Made by a program: the position numbers and the translations under genes | Part shown: piece by piece, positions 46,758-55,451 of the stretch | Position numbering within the stretch: position 1 is the first letter of the stretch | Layout: the number at the start of each line of letters is the position of its first letter | The notes under the pieces: generated by a model | Seen by the model: the letters and a program-made list of their open reading frames with translations, nothing else | Database searches by the model: none | Told to the model about the DNA's origin: nothing | DNA from: Planctomycetota bacterium | Lineage (GTDB): Bacteria > Planctomycetota > Phycisphaerae > UBA1845 > PWPN01 | NCBI GenBank assembly: GCA_029550525.1 | Contig: JAKPHF010000046.1 | Span: 171,796-235,795 of the forward strand | DNA: 64,000 nucleotides | Reading direction: 5' to 3'

Positions 46758-48515
46758 TCAATCGCCGTACGCTCGCGCCGTCGGCTGTTGACTTTCGCGC
46801 CCTTTCGGGGCGGAATCAACTTCCGCCACCTGCCGGACGATCTGGAGAAGCCGATCGACGTCGACCGGTTTGAGGATGTGTGTGGCGAAGCCGGCATCCA
46901 TACTGTGGTGAACATCTTTTTCCTGACCGAAGCCGCTCAAGGCAATGCCAGGTAGTAGGCACCCGCTGGCTCGCAGCTTGCGCATGAGGTCCACGCCGCT
47001 GCCGTCCGGCAGCCCCAGATCGCTGATGAGCAGGTCGAACGGCTCGCGGGAAGCCAACTCCAGCGCACCGGCCACGTCCACCGCCCTTACCACCCGGTGT
47101 CCTTCCGCCGCAAGCACGATCTCCATCATCTCCGCCGTGTCGTCGTGATCCTCCACCAGGAGAACGCACAGACTGCGTGACGGCGGCTGCCGGGCTGTCG
47201 TGGCCGGCGGACTCGCCGACGCGGACGGCTCCGGCGCCTCGGCGAGCGGCAGGCGGACAACGAACGTAGCCCCCAATCCCGGGCCGTCGCTATGCGCCTC
47301 GAGACGCCCACCGTGCATCTCTACGAGCCCCTTGCTGATCGACAAGCCGAGGCCAAGCCCGCCGTACGCCCGATTCGTATCGCGCGGCCCCCGCTCGAAC
47401 GCGTCGAAGATGCCGTCCAACGCTTCCGCCTCGATGCCGATACCGTTGTCGCGGACTTCGATCACCGCCTCATCGCCGTCTGTCCCGCAGCGCACGTCAA
47501 TATGACCGCCGCCAGGCGTGAACTTGGCCGCATTTCGCAGCAGGTTCCACACCACCTGCGAGACTCGCGCCGCGTCCGCGTCGACGATGCAGGGCTCGCC
47601 GCCTAGCTCGACGTTCAGTTGCAGGCTGCGACTCTCGATCTCCCCGCGACACGTGTCGATCGCCCAGCGTACGGCTGTCCGCACATCCACCGGCGACCGA
47701 TGCAGCTCCATCCTGCCCTTGGAGATACGAGCCAGGTCCAGCAAATCGTCGATCAGCCGCGCTTCCAGCTCGAGATTGCGGCGGGCCATGTCCAGCGTGT
47801 CGTGCACATCGGCCGCCAAATCCTCCCGCTTTTGTAGCATGGAGATGGCGGCCAGCACGGGCGTCAACGGTGTGCGCAACTCGTGCGAGAGCACGGCCAG
47901 GAACCGGTCCTTGGCAGCGCTGGCCTGCTCGGCAGCCATCCGAGCCTCTTGCTCTCGAATGCGCCTTGCCGTCTCCGCCTCGGCCCGCTGCCGGTCGGTC
48001 AGATCCACCAGGGCGATGCGGCATGTGCGTCGCGGTTCCGCGACGATGCCCTCTGTCCGAACGGGAATCGGATCCCGCCCGTAAGGCTGAATCCAGATGT
48101 CTTCGACCTGCCGGTCCGCGCCGTCGAACACCGCATCAAGAAGCGCCACGAAGCGGCCCCGGCTATCCGGCGCGATGAACTCGGCCAACCGCCGTCCGGC
48201 CAGCCGTCCGTGCTCCAGCCCGAGCAGTCCCGCCCCTGCCGGATTCGCTTCGAGGATCAGCCCGTCGCGGCCCAGCGTGAAATAGCCGATCGGCGCGGTA
48301 TCGCACAGATCCGTGTAGCGGCGCCGCCAGGCGTCGATCTCCCGACGGGCCCGTTGCAGTTCCTCGTTCTGCAAATCCAGCGCGATCCGTTGGATCTGCA
48401 GTTCGGCGAGCAGCCGGCGCAGCTCCTGCGGGCTCACCTCGCTTGTCGAGGCATGCTGAACCTCGAACTGCTGTTCGGCCCGGCGGCGAAGCTCCATGGG
48501 GTATCGGTTTTCCAC
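46758..48515 (-). CDS. Hybrid sensor histidine kinase/response regulator (coiled coil, PAS, HisKA, HATPase, REC)
   Basis: H-box FLAVLSHELRTPLTPVL, N/G boxes (NLLRNAAKFTP, DNGIGI, GGLGLGLSI), receiver domain (VLLVEDHDD...DLLISDLGLPDGSG...ILKP). Confidence 0.9.
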   Translation of the reverse strand: MENRYPMELRRRAEQQFEVQHASTSEVSPQELRRLLAELQIQRIALDLQNEELQRARREIDAWRRRYTDLCDTAPIGYFTLGRDGLILEANPAGAGLLGLEHGRLAGRRLAEFIAPDSRGRFVALLDAVFDGADRQVEDIWIQPYGRDPIPVRTEGIVAEPRRTCRIALVDLTDRQRAEAETARRIREQEARMAAEQASAAKDRFLAVLSHELRTPLTPVLAAISMLQKREDLAADVHDTLDMARRNLELEARLIDDLLDLARISKGRMELHRSPVDVRTAVRWAIDTCRGEIESRSLQLNVELGGEPCIVDADAARVSQVVWNLLRNAAKFTPGGGHIDVRCGTDGDEAVIEVRDNGIGIEAEALDGIFDAFERGPRDTNRAYGGLGLGLSISKGLVEMHGGRLEAHSDGPGLGATFVVRLPLAEAPEPSASASPPATTARQPPSRSLCVLLVEDHDDTAEMMEIVLAAEGHRVVRAVDVAGALELASREPFDLLISDLGLPDGSGVDLMRKLRASGCLLPGIALSGFGQEKDVHHSMDAGFATHILKPVDVDRLLQIVRQVAEVDSAPKGRESQQPTARAYGD

Positions 48516-49495
48516 TGCTTATCTCCGGCGATCGTCGACGTAACGGCACGGTCGCCGTCCATCGCTGTTGCATTCCTGGCATTAACCGAAATGAGAGCAG
48601 GCGCAGCGATCGACTCGCCTGCCCCCCGGTTACGCGAATCGAACCGCGCGGCTTGTATGTTGTTTCGCTTGGTGACGCCAGGAGTTCCCCCACCAACCCC
48701 TCAATCTCGTCCTCCATTGTTGATAGGGCAGCGCCCGGATCCCATGCCAGTCACCGCCCCGTATGGCCAGTGTCTTTTCAAGAGGGCCGCCCATGCCCGG
48801 CGTTCCCGTCGCCCCCCCCCGAGAATTCGGTCGCTTCTTGCTCGACACGACACCGGATCTCCGTTCCCCTCGCGCCGTGCAATGGGATGTTGCGCTCAAA
48901 GTGGTGATCAACCGTGCAGACCTGCTTGGTCCCATCAGCCCTGGCTTGGGGAGTCTAAGAGAACCACCCGAGCCCTGCAAGCAGAATGTCTCCGTAATTT
49001 GTCAACCGGGGTTTTATGGGTTCCGGCCGCGGATTCTCCCCGACCCCTTTTGTTCCCTTCTTCACTCATGCCGTCGATGAAATGTTGTCCAGGATTGCAG
49101 CGCACGGGTGACACCATACTGTACGGGCGGACGGCTCACCGGCCATTCCGGGATGGCGATAATGTGGCACAGGTGCCGCGCATGACGGATCGCAGCTCGA
49201 CGGCGCTTCACTGGGATCAAGCTTGAACGTCTTTTTTCGAGCGCATCGTACCTGGCATCCAGGCGACGCCGGCGTCAACAGCCAGCCCCCGACTGGCGGA
49301 ATCGTGGCCAGGGCGCCCAGCTCCGGGACGGGACGGGTGGGCGTCTCGGCTCGTGCTCGCCTAGAATCCGGCCGGGTCGCAAAACAGGCTTGCGAGATTC
49401 GTGGTCTCGGTTCGCCGTCCACAGACGTGGAATGTCTGGCGGCGACGATCATCGTCCGTTTCGCCCGTTCTGTTTTCTTGACGGGCGAGCACGCT

Positions 49496-52375
49496 ATGTG
49501 TGAAGACAGACAGGAGTTCGTGCCCATCTTCGCCGCCGTCGCGGCCGTCATCGTCGCTCTCGTGGCCGTCGCGGCGAGTCTCTGGCAGGTTCCCATTCTC
49601 GAGACGCCCCTCTGGCTGGCCGCGGTCGCAAGTCTGGCCGCACTGGGTTGTCTTGGGTGGGCCGCCCGGAGCATTTCACGAAAGAGCGCTCGCGCGGAGC
49701 AGGCGACGGCCGCACTGCGCGCCAAAGAAGCCGCATTGCGCGAAACCGAGAATCGATTCCGCGCCGTGTGCGACAATGCCCGAGCCGCCTTCGGCATTCT
49801 GGACGGCACGCGGCTGATCTACGCGAACCGGTACTTCTCCGAGTTGACGGGTTACAGCAACGAAGAAATCCTGTCCATGGATTTTCGTCAGATGACACAC
49901 CCGTCGTTTCACGAACTGATGCTCGAGCGGGCACGCAAGCGGTTGGCCGGCGAGCCCGTACCCAGTCATTACGAGTTCCTGAGCATCACCAAAAACGGAG
50001 AAGAACGCTGGGTCGACTTCTCGCCCGCCGCAACCGAACTGAACGGCAAGCGAGTCATCATCGGGACCGGTTTCGACATCACCGAACGCAAGCGGGCCGA
50101 GGTTGCCCTCAGGGAAAGCGAGGAGAAGTTCCGCCTGCTCGCGGAAAACTGCAAGGTGTTGATCTGCATCTGCCGGGACCGCCAGGTCCTGTACGCGAAT
50201 CCCTATCTGCTTGAACTGAGCGGATACACCCAAGAGGAACTGACGTGTCTCGACCTGGCCCAGATGATTCCGCCTGAAGACCGCGACATGGTCCTCGATC
50301 GAGCCCGGCGACGGCAGAACGGCGAGCCGCTGGACCCCAGCTACGAGTACAAGCTCCTGGATAAAGGCGGCAAGCTTCACTGGGTCGAACTCTGGGGCGT
50401 CCGTATCGAATACCAGGGCCGCCCCGCCATCCTCGCCGCCGGAATCGATATTACCGAGCGCAAGCGCGCCGAGGAGGCGCTGCGGGAAAGCCAGGAGCGA
50501 TTCCGCATCGTCGCCGAGAACGCGCGGGCCGCTTTCGGGATCGTCCAAGGCAACCGATTCGTCTACGCCAACCCGTACCTGGCCGAGATCAGCGGCTACA
50601 CCATCGACGAGATCCTTTCGATGGACTTCGTCGAGTTGATTCGCCCGGACCAGCGCGAAGCAGTGGCCGACTCCGCCCGTCGGCGCCAGCTCGGCGAGCC
50701 CGTGCCCACCAATTACGAAGTGGCTTTGCTCACCAAAGATGGACAGATCCGCTGGCTGGACATGTCCCTCGGGCGCATCGAGTACAACGGCCGACCGGCG
50801 ATCGTAGGGGCAGCCTACGACGTCACTTTCCGCAAGCAGGCCGAACAGGAACTCCGCCGCCGAGAAGAGCATTTTCGGCTGCTCGCCGAGGCCATGCCCC
50901 AGATGGTCTGGATCGCACGCCCCGACGGCTACCTCGAGTACTTCAACAGCCGCTGCTACGAGTACGGGGGCGCCACCTTCGATCAGGGAAAGGGTGATGA
51001 CTGGATGAGGTGGCTGCACCCCGATGACCTCGAGCGAACCAAACGCCGATGGCATCACAGCCTGACCACCGGCGAGCCGTACGAAATCGAGTATCGCTTC
51101 CGGCGAGCCCACGACGGGACCTACCGATGGTTCCTGGGGCGGGCCCTGCCGGTACGCGACGAATCGGGCCAGATCGTCAGTTGGTTCGGCACCAGTACCG
51201 AGATCCACGAGCAAAAGCAGTTGCAGGAGCAGTTGGCGGCGGCTCAACAGGCTGCCGAACACGCCCGGCAGGTGGCCGAGGATGCCAGCCGGGCCAAGGA
51301 CCGGTTCATCGCCGTCCTCTCGCACGAGTTGCGAACGCCTCTCACCCCCGTCCTGGCAGCCGTATCATTGCTCCAGCGCAGACCGGAGCTCGACAGTCAG
51401 ACAGTCAAAGACCTCGAGATGATTCGCCGCAACGTGGAACTCGAAGCCCGGCTCATCGACGACCTGCTGGACATGACGCGGATTGCCCGCGGCAGGATCG
51501 ACCTGGATCGTCGGCGGGTGGAATTGGATACGATCATCCGCCGCGCCGCCGAGGTCTGCGGCCCCGACTTCAAGAATCGCGATCTGAACTTCGGCGTGGA
51601 CTGGGGGAGCGATCCGCCCTACGTCGTGGAGGCGGACGTGGCTCGCCTGCAGCAGGTGTTTTGGAATCTGCTGAAGAATTCCATCAAGTTCACGCCCCAC
51701 GGCGGATGCATCGGCATCCGCTGTCGAGCCGAACCCGGGCACGTGGTGGTCGAGGTGAACGACAGCGGGATGGGCATCGAGCCCGAAGCGCTCCAGCACA
51801 TCTTCGACGCATTCTCACAGGCGCCCGTTGCACGGCAGTTCGGCGGCCTGGGTCTCGGTCTGGCAATCACCAAGTCGCTCGTGGAACTCCACGGCGGCAC
51901 CATCGAAGCCTGCAGCGAAGGCAGGGGAAAAGGAGCGACCTTCACGGTGCGACTGCCCCGCGTCGACGCCGCTGTCACGGCCGCTCCGCCACCCGAGCCG
52001 CCCTCGGCTCAACACCGCGGATTGCGGATGATGCTGGTCGAGGACCACGGTGACACCGCGGACATGATGAAGCTCGTCCTGGAATCCGAGGGCCACCAGG
52101 TCACGCTGGCCGGCGATGTCCAGACGGCCCTGGAGAAGGCCGAGCAGGACGAGTTCGATCTGCTGATCAGCGATCTGGGGCTGCCCGACGGCACGGGCGT
52201 GGACCTCTTGCGGGAACTGCACGCGCGCGGACGCGAGATGCCGGCCATCGCCCTCAGCGGGTACGGGCGAGAGCAGGATGTCGAACAGAGCCGCAGCGCT
52301 GGATTCGCCGCCCATCTGATCAAGCCCGTCGATACCGACCGGCTCGTGCAGGTCGTGTCGCAGATCAAGCGCTGA
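49496..52375 (+). CDS. Hybrid sensor histidine kinase/response regulator (2 TM, four PAS/PAC modules, HisKA, HATPase, REC)
   Basis: Internal ATG at 49496. TM helices, then four PAS modules each introduced by E.RFR/E.FRLLAE. H-box FIAVLSHELRTPLTPVL, GGLGLGLAI, and REC domain DLLISDLGLPDGTG...LIKP. The core is closely paralogous to 46758..48515. Confidence 0.9.
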   Translation: MCEDRQEFVPIFAAVAAVIVALVAVAASLWQVPILETPLWLAAVASLAALGCLGWAARSISRKSARAEQATAALRAKEAALRETENRFRAVCDNARAAFGILDGTRLIYANRYFSELTGYSNEEILSMDFRQMTHPSFHELMLERARKRLAGEPVPSHYEFLSITKNGEERWVDFSPAATELNGKRVIIGTGFDITERKRAEVALRESEEKFRLLAENCKVLICICRDRQVLYANPYLLELSGYTQEELTCLDLAQMIPPEDRDMVLDRARRRQNGEPLDPSYEYKLLDKGGKLHWVELWGVRIEYQGRPAILAAGIDITERKRAEEALRESQERFRIVAENARAAFGIVQGNRFVYANPYLAEISGYTIDEILSMDFVELIRPDQREAVADSARRRQLGEPVPTNYEVALLTKDGQIRWLDMSLGRIEYNGRPAIVGAAYDVTFRKQAEQELRRREEHFRLLAEAMPQMVWIARPDGYLEYFNSRCYEYGGATFDQGKGDDWMRWLHPDDLERTKRRWHHSLTTGEPYEIEYRFRRAHDGTYRWFLGRALPVRDESGQIVSWFGTSTEIHEQKQLQEQLAAAQQAAEHARQVAEDASRAKDRFIAVLSHELRTPLTPVLAAVSLLQRRPELDSQTVKDLEMIRRNVELEARLIDDLLDMTRIARGRIDLDRRRVELDTIIRRAAEVCGPDFKNRDLNFGVDWGSDPPYVVEADVARLQQVFWNLLKNSIKFTPHGGCIGIRCRAEPGHVVVEVNDSGMGIEPEALQHIFDAFSQAPVARQFGGLGLGLAITKSLVELHGGTIEACSEGRGKGATFTVRLPRVDAAVTAAPPPEPPSAQHRGLRMMLVEDHGDTADMMKLVLESEGHQVTLAGDVQTALEKAEQDEFDLLISDLGLPDGTGVDLLRELHARGREMPAIALSGYGREQDVEQSRSAGFAAHLIKPVDTDRLVQVVSQIKR

Positions 52376-52398
52376 CAGACCCGAATAGCGACAGAAAT

Positions 52399-52520
52399 CC
52401 GAATGTCGAAGCCGAATGTCGAATGAAGCCCGAATGCCGAAGCCTAAGTCAATAACAGCGTCCGGCCACAGCTCATAACTTCATTCGTCATTCGTCATTC
52501 GGACTTCGACATTTCATTCG
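52399..52520. repeat. Inverted pair of CGAATG-type heptamer arrays (~120-bp imperfect hairpin) 3' of the hybrid kinase gene
   Basis: Left arm CCGAATG TCGAAGC CGAATG TCGAATG AAGCC CGAATG CCGAAGCC (52399-52444). Right arm TCATTCG x3, then GACTTCG ACATTTC ATTCG (52481-52520), which is the reverse complement of the left-arm unit. The loop contains one GCTCATA unit. Confidence 0.85.
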
Positions 52521-53076
52521 TGCGGCTTCAACACCGAGCAGGCCGTGCGATTGATTTTGTACGGGCCGGCGTTCATGCGAACGTACCAGGTCGTCACTGC
52601 TGGGGACGTCCGGGTTCCAGCAGTGCACGTGCAGAAGCTTGCCCGCCGGCGGACGCATCGAGACGGTCATGCCCTCGATGCTTTCGAGTGTCAAATCGTC
52701 CAGCGTGTCGCCGGGCTTCAGTGCCGCGTGTTCGGCGGCATACAGCCCGCTGCACAGCCCGAGACCGACAAGGCTGCCCCACCGGCAGACGAATCGCCAG
52801 GCGTTACGCCCGCCGGTCCAACCACCGGTCGCTCGCCAGATGGACGTGTCAGACCTTTCCGAATGGTTTGATACTCACCGCGCCGTTTGAGCAGCAACTC
52901 GTCTCCCTAGACACGTTCCAGGGACAGAAGGTTTCGGTTCCGCGTTCTATTTCTACAGAATTTTACCCAGAAGGGCAAGAAGAAGGCCTGCCGGAATCGA
53001 GATCCCGACAGGCCTGTCGCTCTATCCCTGATTGACGGGGGCCGGCTCGTGGACCGGGCCGAGACTACACCCCGAG

Positions 53077-55074
53077 TCAGGACGCCGCCTGCCCAGCCGG
53101 CTCGCCCTGCTGGTCCGCCTGCTCCGGACTCTGCTCCGGCTGAGTAGGCTTCCAATCCGTCCGGGCGTGGATGCTCTCGGGTGAGAACCAGTCGAACAGG
53201 AAGGCGATCCGCCGCTGCGTCAACAGGTAGTCCCTCGCGAGATCACGGTACTGGTTGTATTCCTCCTGCGTGACCGGCAGTGTCTGCTTGTATTGGATGA
53301 CGATGTGCCGGCCGCGGTTGTCCTTATGCGTGGTCACCGGCGAAGGCTGCGTCGTGGTCGCCCGGCTGGCCAGCTCGAAAGCCGCGTCTACCAGTTGCGG
53401 ATCGAAGCCCACGCCGGGCACGAACGTGCCATACACCTGAGGCATGCCGCCGTTGCGTCCCGGGAACACGCTCTGCCGAGCGAACGGCTCGGGCTGCAAC
53501 AGGGCACTGCTCTCCAGCTTGGCCGCCAGCGCGGCATCGGACTGGAACGCGGTCTTCAGATCCGATCCCTTGGCTCGCTCGGCCAGATTCTGGGCCGTCT
53601 GTTCCGCCTGCTCGCCGGCACGAATGGTCCGCAGATCCTCGACGAGCTTGTCGCGCACCTCCTCGAACGAGGCCGGAGCCTCGGCCGGCTGTGTGGCGAT
53701 GTTGCGGAAGACAAACACGTTCCCCAACGCATCCACCAGCGGCTCGGCTGAGGTCTCGTAGACGTTCCGGAAGAGCCGGGCATTGGCATCGTTGCGCCCC
53801 TCGACCGCACTCAGGCCCGCCACCATGAACGCTGCCTGCTGGAACGGCACGGTCTGCGGCGTGCCGGCGAAGGCTCTGGCCCGCCCGATCCGGGGGTTGC
53901 TTGCCAGTTGGTCCGCGGGAGCCAGCTCGGTACGACCGTAGCTCAAGACACCGGGGTATCGCTCCTGGTACCGGGCGACCAGCTTCTCATACAGATCGCC
54001 GGCCATTTCGCTCTCGGGCGGCTGCTTGAAGTTGCCCGGCTGCGTGGTGGGCTGGTTCGCCCACGGCCGTGACAATTGCCGAATCAGGTCGGTTGCCAAG
54101 CGATTGGCCGCCTGCTTGGCCTTGTCCTGCTGCAGCTTCTGGCGGACCAGGGATTTGGCCTCGGTGAACGTATCGTAAGGCTTGGGCTGCTCGGGACGAG
54201 TGGTCGGCTGCGTCGAGGCCGGCTGCGTCGCAGGCCTCTTGAACTCCGTCTTGTGGGCAAGCCAGTAGCTATAGGCCTCGTCGTCAGTCACCTCCTGCGT
54301 CTTGGCCAACTCATCCACCGAGATCTCGATGTACTCGACCTGCGTGGCCTCCGGCTTCTGATAGCCGAAGTCCCCCGGCCCCCCCGCCGGTTGGTCCTTA
54401 TACTTCTCGAACTGCGCTTTCAGTTCCTCTTCCGTCGGCTGGTACGTCGTGTCGATCAGCTTCTGCGGATCGACCACCACCATCTCGACCTGGATCTTCT
54501 CGCCCACGTTCCGGACGAAGTCCCGGATGTCCGCCTCAGAAACGTTCACCGCATCCACTGCTCGCGCCGCGGCTTTATACACCCGCAGGTAGGCCAGCAG
54601 GGCATCGTCGATTTGCCGAATGGAAACCTTGAACTGCTCGCGGAACGCGTTCAGGGCCTCGGCCGGCAAAGCGGCCTTCAATTCGTTGACCTCCGCCTGC
54701 GAGACGTGTACCCCCTGGCGCTTGGCCTCCGTCTCCAGCAGATACCACTCTTCGGCGCTGAGCCGGTCGCGCCCCCGGGCCTGGAGGAACTGGATGACCT
54801 GCAGGTCATTCGTGGCGCGCGGCAGAATGGCGTTCCACGGCTGAGACCAGTATTGGCCGATTAGCCGGGCCCCAATCTCTTCCTGGCTCGTGATCCGGGC
54901 GAGATCCGCCGTCTTGACTGGCTGACCGTAGGCATGGCCGACCACGAACTCGGCGAAGTCGTTGCTGCGGTTCAGGAAGCTGGTAAGGGCTTCCCCCCCC
55001 AACCAGACAATCAGCAACAGGGCCATGAACACGGCCAACATGGTCTTCATGTACTTACGGAAGAATTTCATCAT
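53077..55074 (-). CDS. PpiD/SurA-N-like periplasmic chaperone (membrane-anchored)
   Basis: N-terminus MMKFFRKYMKTMLAVFMALLLIVWLGGE is typical of PpiD anchors. A long SurA_N-like helical region follows. I could not verify a clear parvulin signature. Confidence 0.65.
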   Translation of the reverse strand: MMKFFRKYMKTMLAVFMALLLIVWLGGEALTSFLNRSNDFAEFVVGHAYGQPVKTADLARITSQEEIGARLIGQYWSQPWNAILPRATNDLQVIQFLQARGRDRLSAEEWYLLETEAKRQGVHVSQAEVNELKAALPAEALNAFREQFKVSIRQIDDALLAYLRVYKAAARAVDAVNVSEADIRDFVRNVGEKIQVEMVVVDPQKLIDTTYQPTEEELKAQFEKYKDQPAGGPGDFGYQKPEATQVEYIEISVDELAKTQEVTDDEAYSYWLAHKTEFKRPATQPASTQPTTRPEQPKPYDTFTEAKSLVRQKLQQDKAKQAANRLATDLIRQLSRPWANQPTTQPGNFKQPPESEMAGDLYEKLVARYQERYPGVLSYGRTELAPADQLASNPRIGRARAFAGTPQTVPFQQAAFMVAGLSAVEGRNDANARLFRNVYETSAEPLVDALGNVFVFRNIATQPAEAPASFEEVRDKLVEDLRTIRAGEQAEQTAQNLAERAKGSDLKTAFQSDAALAAKLESSALLQPEPFARQSVFPGRNGGMPQVYGTFVPGVGFDPQLVDAAFELASRATTTQPSPVTTHKDNRGRHIVIQYKQTLPVTQEEYNQYRDLARDYLLTQRRIAFLFDWFSPESIHARTDWKPTQPEQSPEQADQQGEPAGQAAS

Positions 55075-55247
55075 GGCAGTAATTTCCTGGGATCTCGCGA
55101 GCGTTCCTTTATAGTGACAAAGGAGTTAAGGATACTGGACCGGACCATAAAAGCAAGGGCAGGGGGCCATGCGAGCCGCCGCCCCCCGCCCCGGGGCCCA
55201 CACTGATCCCGTTTGCGATTCATTTTCAGCTTTAACCGAACCTGACA

Positions 55248-55274
55248 TTGACTCCGGACGAAACTGTCTATAAT
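55248..55274 (+). promoter_or_regulatory. Candidate promoter upstream of topA
   Basis: TTGACT (55248-55253), a 15-nt spacer (short), then TATAAT (55269-55274), about 180 nt upstream of the topA ATG. Confidence 0.35.
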
Positions 55275-55451
55275 ACTCCCGCTCCAGGGACCGCCCGACC
55301 CCGCCGATAACTGTCAGGAGGGGTGGCGCTTCAAAAAAGGCCGCTGGGCTTGAGCCCACATGTTTGTCGGCAATCACTCACGCGGCCCGGCGTAAAAACA
55401 GGGACATTCAAGCGCAAGCGGGCCACAGCCCCAGCCGGTGACCAACCACTG

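Noticed and set aside
48625-48650. tRNA-like T-arm (GCGCGGTTCGATTCGCG on the minus strand) upstream of the first kinase.
   Set aside because: It is an isolated stem with an 8-nt loop. No acceptor, D or anticodon arms can be built around it.
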